A stretch of 64,000 nt of DNA from Candidatus Poribacteria bacterium (GCA_965205025.1 CBDBFU010000015.1:32001-96000), one strand, 5' to 3'. Positions 14,166 to 24,992 are shown, counted from the stretch's first letter. Notes: generated by a model from the letters alone, not told the origin. Numbers and translations are program-made.

Positions 14166-15011
14166 TTACCGTACAAACTCTTCACCGCGATGCTCAGCGA
14201 TCCAAGTCTTCAGTGGTACATCAGCATCCGTTGGTTGCCACCAACCTTTAATATCCACACCATCTCCTAACAACTGTCGTCGAATTGGACCACACTTATC
14301 CAAAATCTCTGGTGGCATCAGGTTGTAATCCAAACCGCGTAACCATCGATAACTATATCCTATAAAGAAGACTTTACGTGTAACATTAGAAAAATTCCAA
14401 CCCCTTGAATGCCACATTCTTCTATCAAAAAGTACCGCTGTACCACGTTTAACAAGAAGATCTATAGCACCCTCTGGATCAGAATCAGGATCATCGCGTG
14501 GGGGTAATGCATCAAGTTTGTGACTTCCAGGAATAAGCCGCATGGCACCATTATCACGATGCGTAACATCAGTTAACCAGTAGCTGACCTTTAATGAGAG
14601 ACGCGGATGTGGCCGTTCCATTTCTGGAACTGGTCTACCTCCATCTTGATGCCAATGTGCAGCTTTTTCAACACGTTGTGTTTCAGGGGGTTCAGGTGGA
14701 TACATGATAAGATGTGAAATATAGAGTTGGATATTCCAACCTAAAATATCCCATAGCAGCGGAAATACCTTCTTGTTATCAAGCAATTCCAATAATATGT
14801 CGTCATCAATAATAGTGCGGAACTTTGATAACAATTTATGGGATGCTAAACCTGTTTTTTTACGTTCCTCAGCATCAAGACGATCAGCTACTACCTCTAA
14901 AGCTTCCACCATATCCTGACTGATTGCATCCTCAACAATAAGGTATCCATTATCATTGAATGCTTTTAGTTGTTCAGTGGTAGCACAATATTCAAGCCAA
15001 CTTGTATCCAT
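14166..15011 (-). CDS. PhyH-family Fe(II)/2OG dioxygenase
   Basis: Canonical WHQD, NGAMRLIPGSHK and GTAVLFDRRMWHS. Confidence 0.9.
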   Translation of the reverse strand: MDTSWLEYCATTEQLKAFNDNGYLIVEDAISQDMVEALEVVADRLDAEERKKTGLASHKLLSKFRTIIDDDILLELLDNKKVFPLLWDILGWNIQLYISHLIMYPPEPPETQRVEKAAHWHQDGGRPVPEMERPHPRLSLKVSYWLTDVTHRDNGAMRLIPGSHKLDALPPRDDPDSDPEGAIDLLVKRGTAVLFDRRMWHSRGWNFSNVTRKVFFIGYSYRWLRGLDYNLMPPEILDKCGPIRRQLLGDGVDIKGWWQPTDADVPLKTWIAEHRGEEFVR

Positions 15012-15035
15012 AATAACATCCGATAATGGTCTAAT

Positions 15036-16247
15036 TTATTCTTCAACTCTTTCGATTATCTCACCAGTCTGTCGATCTCTATAGATACGTTTCATTCTAC
15101 CGTCAGGCATTCGTTCATCTTTAAGATGTGCAAGTCGCTCATCGGCATCTGTTCTACTTGCAGGCACGTCCTCAGTTTCTGATGATCCGCGCCAATCTTC
15201 AATTTCAACGCTCTCCCATTTTTTAGACTTAGCGGATTTATAACATGCATCAATGATTGCATTAACTACATATCCATCATAAAAGGTTTCAAGTGGTTCG
15301 CGTTTTTCATCTATTGCATTGAACATATCCAAGAACATATCACGGTAGCCAAGTTCAGCAACTTCATCACCAACAGGAAATAGCCAACCGGTGTCACTTT
15401 CTGCTTTTTCAGCGACATAACCTCCTTGACCAACAGCAGAAAACATCTCAAAACCGGTACGTAGCCAGTGATTGAGCCAAATAGTTCCTTCACTACCAGA
15501 TACCTCATCGCGCAAATCCATACCACCTCGAAATGCCCAACCGACTTCAAACTGTCCCATTGCTCCACTTTCAAAACGTATAAGGGCAATTCCGTGATCT
15601 TCAGCATCGATTGGATGGACAAGTGTGTCCGCCCAACACATTACCTCAAGCGGTTTATTATCTTTCCCAACGAAATTTCTGATAATCTCAATACAATGAC
15701 AACCCATATCAACTATTGCACCACCACCTGCTTGTTCCAAATCCCAAAACCAATCACTATGGGGACCTGGGTGTGTTTCGCGAGACCGTACCCACAGGAT
15801 CTTACCTAATGCACCGTTTTGTACTGATTCTAATGCCTTCAACGTCTTCGGGGGATAAACTAAATCCTCAAGATAACCCCCAAACACACCTGCGGTTTCA
15901 ACAATTTCAAGCATAGCTTTTGCCTCTTCACCAGTTCTTCCGAGTGGCTTAGTACACAGGATTGCCTTACCTGCTCTTGCTGAAAGTTCTACTGCCTTCA
16001 GGTGTAAATTGTTCGGTAATCCAATAACAACAACATCTGTATCTGGATGGTTTATTGCTTCCTCCAAATCGGTCGTAGCGTGTGGTATATTCCATTCTTC
16101 CGCAAATGCTGTTGCCCGTTCTTCGCGTCGAGAGTATACAGAATGCACTCTATCGGCACCCCGTTGGTTGTGCATGGTCATTGTATAAAACATACCAATG
16201 AGACCAGATCCGAGCATTGTAACCTTATGATTATTCTGTGATGACAT
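15036..16247 (-). CDS. Gfo/Idh/MocA oxidoreductase
   Basis: GSGLIG Rossmann motif, CTKP and [11 protein letters not shown]. Confidence 0.9.
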   Translation of the reverse strand: MSSQNNHKVTMLGSGLIGMFYTMTMHNQRGADRVHSVYSRREERATAFAEEWNIPHATTDLEEAINHPDTDVVVIGLPNNLHLKAVELSARAGKAILCTKPLGRTGEEAKAMLEIVETAGVFGGYLEDLVYPPKTLKALESVQNGALGKILWVRSRETHPGPHSDWFWDLEQAGGGAIVDMGCHCIEIIRNFVGKDNKPLEVMCWADTLVHPIDAEDHGIALIRFESGAMGQFEVGWAFRGGMDLRDEVSGSEGTIWLNHWLRTGFEMFSAVGQGGYVAEKAESDTGWLFPVGDEVAELGYRDMFLDMFNAIDEKREPLETFYDGYVVNAIIDACYKSAKSKKWESVEIEDWRGSSETEDVPASRTDADERLAHLKDERMPDGRMKRIYRDRQTGEIIERVEE

Positions 16248-16303
16248 TCATATCTCCATGATATACTAATAATTCGAAAGGGTTGTAATTGACCCCTACA
16301 ATC

Positions 16304-17374
16304 TTATTCAACTTTATAAGCTAAAATCACACCCCAATCATCCACTGTCCAACAATGATTTTTATCTGTAGCATGAACACCTTTAAGAGTTCCGCTCCCA
16401 CCTGCTTTTGAAGCAGTCCATGTTTTTCCTCCATCTAAGGTATGTAATACTGCACTATAATCACCAACTGCCCAACCTACCATGTTATCAATAAAGAAAA
16501 TATCATGTAAATTATCAATAGAATTGGTTTCTTGTTGTTTCCATGTAACGCCATCGTTGGTGTGCAGAATTAACCCTTCTTGTCCACAAATCCAACCGGT
16601 CTTTTCATCAAAAAAATGAATACCGAACAAATTATTATCAAATCCCGCTTCACGTTTCTCCCATGATTCACCACCGTTGGTGGTATGTAGAAGAGTGCCG
16701 AAAGATCCGATAATCCAACCCTTACTGGATGAAACGAACCATATATTTTCAAGATTGTTCCGAGTTTCTCCAACGCGCGCTCGTTCTGAACTCCCGATCC
16801 AGGTTTCACCACCATCCGTTGTTTTGAGTATCGTATTTTCTGAGCCTGCAATAAAACCTGTTGTATCACTTATCATCTGAATTCCTAATAACCTTGCCCG
16901 AATTGGTCGAGGGTTATTATTTTGTCCACTACTCTCATTTCTCGCAATTTTACGATTCCAAGTTTCACCACCATCCTTGGTATGTAATATCGTTCCCCTA
17001 TCTCCTGTGACAAACCCTATCTTATCGTTTACAAAGTAGATATTATTAAGTGTCGGTGAACCTCCACGACCAAATCCCCCAGGAGGTCCTCCAGGTCTTT
17101 GTCGAGTTCCAGCCCCTGGTGGTTGCATATTTACATCTTTTTTTCTCCAACTCTTTCCACCATCTGTTGTCACAAGCATTAAACCACCATTTCCTACCAC
17201 CAAACCGTTCTGATTATCTGTAAAATAGACATCCTGCAACATACCTTCGATTCCGTCCCCGCGGAGGATATCATCTTCTCGAAGTACTGTCCACTTTGCA
17301 TCTGCTATCGTAAGTGCGAAAAAAGCTACGATGGCTATCAATACTATGAAAAAAGTGATATTCGTTCTGAACAT
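16304..17374 (-). CDS. YCF48-like/BNR-repeat beta-propeller exported protein
   Basis: Signal peptide and repeated G-x-I-L-H-T-x-DGG-x-T-W Asp-boxes. Start placed at MFRTN behind AAGGAG. Confidence 0.85.
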   Translation of the reverse strand: MFRTNITFFIVLIAIVAFFALTIADAKWTVLREDDILRGDGIEGMLQDVYFTDNQNGLVVGNGGLMLVTTDGGKSWRKKDVNMQPPGAGTRQRPGGPPGGFGRGGSPTLNNIYFVNDKIGFVTGDRGTILHTKDGGETWNRKIARNESSGQNNNPRPIRARLLGIQMISDTTGFIAGSENTILKTTDGGETWIGSSERARVGETRNNLENIWFVSSSKGWIIGSFGTLLHTTNGGESWEKREAGFDNNLFGIHFFDEKTGWICGQEGLILHTNDGVTWKQQETNSIDNLHDIFFIDNMVGWAVGDYSAVLHTLDGGKTWTASKAGGSGTLKGVHATDKNHCWTVDDWGVILAYKVE

Positions 17375-17424
17375 AGGATTCTCCTTATTAATAGTAGTTC
17401 GTCTTCGTATGTTTAATTCCAACC

Positions 17425-19617
17425 CTAATTTTTTTGAAATTCTTCATAAATTTGTCGTGTTTTACTATCAACATCCTGAAGATAATTCTGTCCAATATAC
17501 TCAATATATGATTGAGTATATTCTCCACTTACTTCACCAAATGCCTTTGCATATTTTCGACACATATCCTTATCAGGTCCGGAGGCATATGCCTTCGTTT
17601 TTGCATCTGTTCCAGATTTCCTAACTTCAACAAACATATCACGAAAAATAAGATAACTTCCATCACCTACAAATTGGATATTCTCAAGAGAAGTAAAATC
17701 AAGGTTTGGGAGTGTTTCTGATAGAATGTGTCGTACTTGATCTATATCAATTTTTCCTTCTCTTAACGCAATCGCCAGACCCAAAAAGAATAGATCGTTT
17801 TTATCTCGTTTAACTTCACCTTCTAACTTTGCACTTCTTAGTTTTTCTGGATTTGGTTCAGACTCGTTGTAATAGGTAATATCTTCTCTTACATCACAAG
17901 TCGCAGTGATTCGACTTTCATTAAAAACAGTTTCAAGATAATTTGACAAGGGTATGTCCAACTTTTTACAATGTGCAGCAAGAGCAGTAACCAATACCAT
18001 AGATTCCCCAGCAGATTTCTCCCGCATAGCAATCGCAGATCGTCCACCTTGACTACGTATCAATTCTTCAGGACCAGTTATCATTCCTCCGCTTTCTTCT
18101 CCAGCAAATACCAAACGCGGTTGTATACCCAGATTCACGGTTTTACCATATACATCCTGAACAACCACAGGTTCATTTGGTGTTTCGACAAGTTGTCGTT
18201 CAATTTTTTTCATCACTGAAGCAATTTCCTTGAAACCTACTGGAACATTGATTACATTGACATCGTTAGCGGATCCCCACTGGTCCCAAGCAAGTGCTGA
18301 GGGTGTGGTCTTTATCATAAATCGTGGATACTTTTCCCATAAACCCGCTGTAATAAGCTGTTTTCTATGGAAATCCATTAACATGAGAAACGCCTGATTT
18401 GGAGTATAAACTGTCAAGAGACGGTCACTATCAAGGATTAGATATGTGATACCAAGCTGTTCTAATATCTCTGTCCGCGAGATATCCTCTATCTCACAAA
18501 CAATTAGACGATCTCCATCTGGATCCGTCGTTTCAATTACTGTTCCGATGGGTTGGTTTTTTAGTTTCGATGCATATTCTGCAGATTTGACTACATCAAT
18601 AAGACTAAAATCACACCCAAGGTCATAGAATTCAGTATTACCAGTTTTTGGATTTCTATCCAGTTTTCCGATATTGTGATATAGTGGGTCCGGTTCAACA
18701 TGTAACCAACGAACAGAATCCGCAATACCTAACCGCTCAAAAATTGAACGCATAGGACGATACATACAGCCACCGACACAATCGACAACAATGGGTGGTT
18801 TTACATCACGAATCAGCTTAAGGTTGGCATCAGTTGCTACACCACCTTTTAGGTAACCAACATATAGATGTATACCATCATGAAGTTCATCTAACCTTTC
18901 ATAATCAATGTTTTCGTGGTTAACTGCACTAAATTCAATTGTATACCCTTGGGTTTCAGCAGTTTTTAGTATCTCTTCAATTTTTTTTACAAACCGCATA
19001 GATTCTTCTGGTAAGTATTGACTTCCTTGATTGTTAAGATCCTTAGTTGCATTTTTGGTGCTGACAGAATGGCTTGAGGTTACATGTTCACCTCCATCCA
19101 AATCTAAAATAAAAATGAGAAATGATGCCATCCAAATCGGCAATGTGCCAAACTCTTTTGGAACATAAGTCTTTATATTATTTGCCGCTTGGATACGAGA
19201 GATGAATTCAACGTATTTCTGTGAGTTATAACGCACCTCACATCCAGCAAGTTTTTTTACTGGCTTCCCTTCTGACGATTCTTTAGCTACAAGGCTTTTA
19301 CCAAGGGTTGCTAAAATAACCCCTATCTGATTTATTGGAAATCTCGTATCCCAGGGATAGAGTATATTCTGCGGACCTCGAATACCAGCTGTTGATACCT
19401 GTGCTTCTTTTGCATAATTTCTATACCAATCCCATAACTTCAAACGTTCAACCACTTCCTTATTGAGTATGAACGCAAACGCATCAGGTTCATCTTGAGG
19501 GAAAAGGGGTTCTTTGATGTCTGCCGGTGTGTTTTGTTCAACAACTGCAAATAGTTGCTTTTCTGTTTGGTTCCGTTTATCAAGATAAGCTGTATCTACA
19601 GCAATAACCATTTCCAC
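17425..19617 (-). CDS. Divergent alpha-D-phosphohexomutase (PGM/PMM family)
   Basis: STAGIRG, phosphoserine loop TSSH, metal loop DPDGDR, GFK, GEESGG and RKSGTD. Confidence 0.8.
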   Translation of the reverse strand: MEMVIAVDTAYLDKRNQTEKQLFAVVEQNTPADIKEPLFPQDEPDAFAFILNKEVVERLKLWDWYRNYAKEAQVSTAGIRGPQNILYPWDTRFPINQIGVILATLGKSLVAKESSEGKPVKKLAGCEVRYNSQKYVEFISRIQAANNIKTYVPKEFGTLPIWMASFLIFILDLDGGEHVTSSHSVSTKNATKDLNNQGSQYLPEESMRFVKKIEEILKTAETQGYTIEFSAVNHENIDYERLDELHDGIHLYVGYLKGGVATDANLKLIRDVKPPIVVDCVGGCMYRPMRSIFERLGIADSVRWLHVEPDPLYHNIGKLDRNPKTGNTEFYDLGCDFSLIDVVKSAEYASKLKNQPIGTVIETTDPDGDRLIVCEIEDISRTEILEQLGITYLILDSDRLLTVYTPNQAFLMLMDFHRKQLITAGLWEKYPRFMIKTTPSALAWDQWGSANDVNVINVPVGFKEIASVMKKIERQLVETPNEPVVVQDVYGKTVNLGIQPRLVFAGEESGGMITGPEELIRSQGGRSAIAMREKSAGESMVLVTALAAHCKKLDIPLSNYLETVFNESRITATCDVREDITYYNESEPNPEKLRSAKLEGEVKRDKNDLFFLGLAIALREGKIDIDQVRHILSETLPNLDFTSLENIQFVGDGSYLIFRDMFVEVRKSGTDAKTKAYASGPDKDMCRKYAKAFGEVSGEYTQSYIEYIGQNYLQDVDSKTRQIYEEFQKN

Positions 19618-19693
19618 TCTCCAGTTCTTTTTGATATTATACCATAGACTTTCAATTTGTGTTATGTTAATTCATCGAAGACCTTGGTTAGTA

Positions 19694-20275
19694 ATACCAT
19701 TTCTAATAAATGATGAAGACCAAATCTTGACTCATCTTGAAAAAACAGACGAACTTTTCAGACTCAGGATCCTTCTCCGAAATCGTTTCCTTGACTTTTT
19801 TTGGTAAGTCTAACTTGAAGGTTTCACCGGCTGTTTCGTTTTTTTTATATGACTCTTGCGGGGCACTTTGGGTTTGCTTTCCACTTATACCGAACCATCG
19901 AATGAACAGCAGTATATTTCATTTTGACATCAAACGTTTTTTCAATATAGTCTACTATCTGCTGATAACTGGAAAAACCATCAGGTTTTTTTGAGTTCAG
20001 CAAGCAAGATTTCTTGTTGCTCTTCGGTAAGTTGAGCTGGACGCCCGGGGGAATAATTCCGTGCTAAAGTGCTTCAAGTCCACCAGAGGCGTATGTTTGG
20101 AACCAATGCCCAACGGTTTTCCGATCAACCCTATTTTCGCAGCGATTCCCTTACAATTTAGCCTTTTCTCACTACAAAACAGGTATAGTGCTTTCAGTCT
20201 TTTCTTTTGGTAACTAATTGATGTTTTTCTTATCATTTTTTCAAATCGGAAACACTTTCTGTAACTGGAACATCG
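19694..20275 (-). pseudogene. Internally deleted, frameshifted IS630-family transposase relic
   Basis: Minus-strand fragments: ESVSDLKK / KRLKALYL / VDRKTVGHWFQTYASGGLEAL / PGRPAQLTEEQ...GFSSYQQIVDYI...YTAVHSMVRYKW / VRLFFQDESRFGL. The last is followed almost directly by the end TAGAAATGGTAT (19694-19705). Confidence 0.8.
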
Positions 20276-20341
20276 GTGCGGTGAATCAAGGAATCATAGG
20301 TATCAATTTTGTGCTTAGATTAAACGTAAAATGGACTCTTT

Positions 20342-20444
20342 TGTAGGAGTGATCTCCGAATAGTTCCCAATTACAGTCGGGAATCGGAGTTCCCTCCTAC
20401 AGAAGATAAGTAAGAATCGGGAATCGGAGTTCCCTCCTACAGAA
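20342..20444. repeat. GTAG-type REP-like cluster
   Basis: A perfect 28-bp direct repeat TCGGGAATCGGAGTTCCCTCCTACAGAA (20377-20404, 20417-20444) plus an inverted partial copy TGTAGGAGTGATCTCCGA (20342-20359, 16/18). Confidence 0.8.
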
Positions 20445-20667
20445 AAGAAATTATATTTATACGAACGTTCATTCTTATTAAAATATATTGTTGAAAAGTG
20501 ACAAAAAGATTACATACTCTCAAATGTCAATTCAATTGAATCCATACCTAATATCTGTTATACTTTCAAATATATTGCTATACTAATGTATAATATCGTT
20601 TATTTTCTCAGTAAATAATAAGGATTTTATATTTTTAACTCATAATATCTTCAAGGTAAGAATTCCA

Positions 20668-21549
20668 TTGTTTGATAAAAAAACGCAAAAGCAACTCCCT
20701 CAAGGTTTGAAAGATAGAATTTGTAAGAAACAGGTTTCTGTGCTTTCATTTGCACCAGACAGAACACGTCTTGCAGCAGGTGGGGATGACCGTATTTGGG
20801 TATATGATTTATCCAGTGAAGCGCAGTTTTCTGTCCTATCAGGACATACTGGACGAATTCGTTCATTATCATTTGCACCTGATAGTCGCACCCTTGCCAG
20901 TTCAAGTGAAGATAGTAGTTTAAGATTATGGGATACGGACTCCTCCAACGAGATAGCCACACTTGCAGGGGAATCATCAAGTTTTACAACTGCCTTAGCT
21001 ACATCCCCAGATGGTGTACCACTTACGGGTTGGAATGAAGAAACTGCACGTCTACTTGGTAGTACGACTTCTGACCCGGCATATATAAGAACAATAACAT
21101 TTTCAACTGATGGCAGTTTGCTTGTAAGCGGTGGAGCTGATGGTAAGATCAGAGTTTGGGAAATTGAGACAGGTAGGGAGTTATCCTCATTTGCAGGACA
21201 TGATGGGTTGGTGTTGTCGCTTGCTTTCTCACCTGATGGAAAATACTTGGCAAGTGGTGGGTCTGATACTACTGTAAGATTATGGGAATGGGAAGATAAA
21301 CATTTGCTCTCTATTTGGACAGGACACTCTGATTCTGTCTCAGCTTTATCAATCTCAAGTGATAGTTCGATTCTCGCCAGTGGTGGCAGAGATCCTCAAA
21401 TTATTTTGTGGAATATCAAAGCATTAGGTCGAATGGGACATATATCCAGTGTTGAAGGTTATACATGGGAAATAGATTTCTGGCAAACCGATGAGAAAGA
21501 ACAACTTGTTACAGTAAATAGAGATGGTGAGTTATACATAAGGGAATAA
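20668..21549 (+). CDS. WD40-repeat protein
   Basis: Repeated GH-x-x-x-V-x-S-L-A-F-S-P-D-G...L-W-D/E units. Confidence 0.9.
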   Translation: MFDKKTQKQLPQGLKDRICKKQVSVLSFAPDRTRLAAGGDDRIWVYDLSSEAQFSVLSGHTGRIRSLSFAPDSRTLASSSEDSSLRLWDTDSSNEIATLAGESSSFTTALATSPDGVPLTGWNEETARLLGSTTSDPAYIRTITFSTDGSLLVSGGADGKIRVWEIETGRELSSFAGHDGLVLSLAFSPDGKYLASGGSDTTVRLWEWEDKHLLSIWTGHSDSVSALSISSDSSILASGGRDPQIILWNIKALGRMGHISSVEGYTWEIDFWQTDEKEQLVTVNRDGELYIRE

Positions 21550-21616
21550 TTTGAAGATTTTGGATGCGACATCAATAATTGGCATGGAATGTGATTAATT
21601 TTTGTGCCTTCACTCG

Positions 21617-22504
21617 CTATTGAACTTCTGATAATCTTCTTATCGTATTGGTATAAGTGAATTCTGTTTCACATGGATCTGTGTAACCTGTTACGGCAGC
21701 AGCACTGACAGGATCAGAAACACATGCCAACGGAATGTGCCCTTCTCCAGCAAATAAACCCGATGTTGGATCTAACCCTATCCACCCAGCTCCTGGTACA
21801 TATACCTCACACCATGCATGTAAATCTGTAAAATCCTCTGTTCGTGATTCAGTGACTTCATCTGATTTCTGATCAGAAACAAGCTGTATCAAATATCCAG
21901 ATACAAATCGTGCTGCTAAACCCAAGTGTCGTAAGATTTGAACAAATAACCAACTACTATCCCTGCAAGATCCTGACAGTTTTTCCAATGTATTCTCACA
22001 AGATTGTATACCCGGTTCCATCCTAACGGTATGTGAAATATCCTCCGATAAACGTCTATTCAAACTAACAAGAAAATCAATTAGATTCTGTTTAGATCTA
22101 CTAACACCGTTCAACCATGTAGTTAAGAATTGTCCATACTCTGTAATTTCAAGAAAGAGTGTAAGCTCTTTTCTCAGCTGTGGGTTGTAATTGAATGGAT
22201 AGTATTCTGCGCAATCTTCTATAAAAAAATCGAAAGGATTAAATTCCGTCATGTTAGCAACTAAGTCCACTTCTACTGTTAAACTCTCTGAAGGAGCAGT
22301 AAATACAACACGTGTTTGATAATTTCCAAAAGGATCTTGCTGCCAATTAATATAATGGGTGTCTGGGGAGATGGTTAATGCGTATGATTCAATAATAGTT
22401 CTGCAATGTGGGGCAGGTTTTAATCTGAATATATGGGGTGATAAGAATACCGATCGGTCATATTGATATACTGATTTGTGATTAATAGCAACCCGAGTAG
22501 ACAT
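21617..22504 (-). CDS. Bacterial transglutaminase-like protein
   Basis: N-terminal RLKPAPH...QQDPFGN domain and catalytic GSCRD, LHAWCEVY, GWIGLDPT. Start placed at MSTRV. Confidence 0.92.
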   Translation of the reverse strand: MSTRVAINHKSVYQYDRSVFLSPHIFRLKPAPHCRTIIESYALTISPDTHYINWQQDPFGNYQTRVVFTAPSESLTVEVDLVANMTEFNPFDFFIEDCAEYYPFNYNPQLRKELTLFLEITEYGQFLTTWLNGVSRSKQNLIDFLVSLNRRLSEDISHTVRMEPGIQSCENTLEKLSGSCRDSSWLFVQILRHLGLAARFVSGYLIQLVSDQKSDEVTESRTEDFTDLHAWCEVYVPGAGWIGLDPTSGLFAGEGHIPLACVSDPVSAAAVTGYTDPCETEFTYTNTIRRLSEVQ

Positions 22505-22556
22505 TGACACTTCCTTAGAATGTCGATTTATTTTGTATAACCATAACAGTTGAGAG

Positions 22557-23540
22557 TTATTGCATTTGTGATTGTGTTCCTGTTGACATTCCATCAATAG
22601 GTCGTAAAGCAAAAAACGTCTTATATATGTCATCTCCAACCGAGTTTAATTTTGTTTGAAAGGCATCAAGAAACTCATGGAGTCCAGTGTTTAGAATCTG
22701 ATCGACCTGTGCATAGGCAAATTCTGAATGGAGTTGTCCTAATCCCTGTTCAGCTGGATTGGAAAATGTTTCTATTGGAGTACCTGATATAGCATGTAGT
22801 GATTCTTCAGCATTTTTTAGACAATAAAGAACAGATCTTGGGAAATCTCGATCAAGTAGCAGAAAATGAACTACATTATTTGGTGAAATTAGTCCGTGAG
22901 TTCTCCTATACATCTCAAATGCACTTGCGGAATGTAATAATGCTCCCCATTGAATATCATCAAATGAAGTATTTACATCTACTACAGATGGTAATAGGAT
23001 GAAATATTTGACATCAACTATTCGTGATGTCTTATCAGCCCGTTCAATCAGTCGTCCTAATTGACAGAAGTGCCATCCTTCACTATGAGACATGATGTTA
23101 TCTGTTTGACCGATAAATAGTTGTGATGCTATCTTAATATCAGTGAAGAATTGGTGTGGTTCTGTCATTGCCCACTCTACGGGTGTTTCAGTTACCATTA
23201 AGTAGGTGTCATTTATTCGTTCCCACATTTCAGAAGATATATTCTCCCGAATTGATCTTGCATTTTCCCGTGCGGCTCTTAAGCACGAGATAATTGAATT
23301 TGGGTTTTCAGAGTCAAATGTAAGAAACTTAATCACAGTTTCATGTGTGGGTTCACCATATTTTTCAGAAAATAAATCATCATCCCCCGTGGTAGCAACT
23401 AATGGTTCCCATTGTGCTTGAATACCTACTGGTTGATCAAGAAGTAACTGTAGATTAACATCAACAAAACGTGCTACATTTTCAGCACGTTCAATATACC
23501 TACTCATCCAATAGATAGATTCTGCAACTCTACTAAGCAT
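22557..23540 (-). CDS. Alpha-E domain protein (DUF403)
   Basis: MLSRVAESIYWMSRYIERAEN, ARENAR, LGRLIERAD and FPRS motifs. Confidence 0.92.
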   Translation of the reverse strand: MLSRVAESIYWMSRYIERAENVARFVDVNLQLLLDQPVGIQAQWEPLVATTGDDDLFSEKYGEPTHETVIKFLTFDSENPNSIISCLRAARENARSIRENISSEMWERINDTYLMVTETPVEWAMTEPHQFFTDIKIASQLFIGQTDNIMSHSEGWHFCQLGRLIERADKTSRIVDVKYFILLPSVVDVNTSFDDIQWGALLHSASAFEMYRRTHGLISPNNVVHFLLLDRDFPRSVLYCLKNAEESLHAISGTPIETFSNPAEQGLGQLHSEFAYAQVDQILNTGLHEFLDAFQTKLNSVGDDIYKTFFALRPIDGMSTGTQSQMQ

Positions 23541-23549
23541 AAACATCCC

Positions 23550-24992
23550 TTATATTGGATTTGATAATACCCAAGTATCTTTACTACCACCACCTTGTGA
23601 TGAGTTCACAACGAGTGAACCCTTTCTAAGAGCTACCCTTGTGAGTCCACCGGGAAGAACATAGATATCCTCACCATATAGGATAAATGGACGCAAGTCA
23701 ACATGTCGTCCTTCAAAATGATCATCAATTAATACAGGAACACTGGAAAGGGAAAGTGTTGGTTGAGCAATATAATTCCGTGGGTTTTGCTTTATACGTT
23801 GAACAAAATCATCACATTCAGCTTTAGTTGAATGGGGACCAATTAACATTCCGTAACCACCAGACTGGTTTGCTTCTTTAACAACAAGTTCCTGAATATT
23901 TTCTAAGACATACTTCCTATCATTATCTTCCCAGCACATATAGGTTGGAACATTTGGTATGATAATGTCTTCATTCATGTAATATTTAATGATTTGCGGT
24001 ACATAGGAACACACCACTTTGTCATCCGCAACACATGTTCCAGGTGCATTGATTAGAGCAAGTCGTCCTGACTTATACACATCCATTATACCAGGAACTC
24101 CTAATAGAGATTTTGGTTCAAACACATCTGGATCAAGATAGCTGTCATTGATTCTCCGGTATAGGACATCCACGCGTTGAAACCCTTTTGTTGTTCGCAT
24201 ATGGAGATAACCATCCATAACCACAAGATCTCGTCCTTCAACCAATTCGACTCCCATCTGTTGTGCTAAAAAGGAGTGTTCAAAATATGCGGAGTTGTAT
24301 ATGCCGGGAGTTAGCAATGCCACTTCTGGTGTCATCACTCGATCACTAACAAGGTATTGTAGCATATCCAGTAAATGACTTGGATAATCTTCCACTGGTT
24401 GTATTTGATACATGCCAAACAATTGAGGAAATGTACGTTTCATCAATTGTCTATTCTCTATGACATAGGATACACCAGATGGACATCCAAGATTATCTTC
24501 TAATACATATATCTGTCCATCACCATCTCTAACAAGATCTGTACCCGTAATGTGGCACCAGATTCCACGTGGTGGATCTAATCCGATACATTGTTGAAGG
24601 TAACGTTCTGATGACAAGACTACTTCATGAGGGATAATACCGTCTTTGAGAATTTTCTGTTCATGGTATACATCGTCAATGAATAGATTCAATGCATGGA
24701 TTCGTTGCTTGAGTCCCCGTTGAATCCATTCCCATTCATTGGCATCAATAATGCGTGGTATTAAGTCGAAAGGAAAGATTTTCTCTACACCCTGTTCATC
24801 CGCATATACATTGAAGGTAATTCCCATACGGAGTAATGCATATTCAGCAGTAATTTGTCTACGAATGAATTCACCTTCTTCAAAATTATCTATCCGCTCC
24901 ACTAATAATTGTACTGCAGGACGTGGTGATCCATCAGAATTAAACATCTCATCATATAACCCATCAGTTTTGTAATCACTGAAATATGTCAT
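23550..24992 (-). CDS. Circularly permuted type 2 ATP-grasp protein
   Basis: GITF, FPFDLIPR, VLEDN, PSGVSY, LTPGIYNSAYFEH, SGGYG, PGGLTRVAL and VVNSSQGGGSKDTWV. Confidence 0.95.
   Translation of the reverse strand: MTYFSDYKTDGLYDEMFNSDGSPRPAVQLLVERIDNFEEGEFIRRQITAEYALLRMGITFNVYADEQGVEKIFPFDLIPRIIDANEWEWIQRGLKQRIHALNLFIDDVYHEQKILKDGIIPHEVVLSSERYLQQCIGLDPPRGIWCHITGTDLVRDGDGQIYVLEDNLGCPSGVSYVIENRQLMKRTFPQLFGMYQIQPVEDYPSHLLDMLQYLVSDRVMTPEVALLTPGIYNSAYFEHSFLAQQMGVELVEGRDLVVMDGYLHMRTTKGFQRVDVLYRRINDSYLDPDVFEPKSLLGVPGIMDVYKSGRLALINAPGTCVADDKVVCSYVPQIIKYYMNEDIIIPNVPTYMCWEDNDRKYVLENIQELVVKEANQSGGYGMLIGPHSTKAECDDFVQRIKQNPRNYIAQPTLSLSSVPVLIDDHFEGRHVDLRPFILYGEDIYVLPGGLTRVALRKGSLVVNSSQGGGSKDTWVLSNPI

Noticed and set aside
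19737-19994. 85-aa plus-strand ORF and similar short antisense or overlapping ORFs throughout the track
   Set aside because: This one is the antisense shadow of the IS630 relic; the others overlap well-supported genes and lack recognizable motifs.
20314-20478. Possible TIR shell around the REP triplet
   Set aside because: The best match is only about 10/13 and no TSD was seen.
22505-22639. N-terminal extension of the transglutaminase ORF
   Set aside because: It overlaps the alpha-E gene; the family N-terminus and an AAGGAAG RBS point to 22504.
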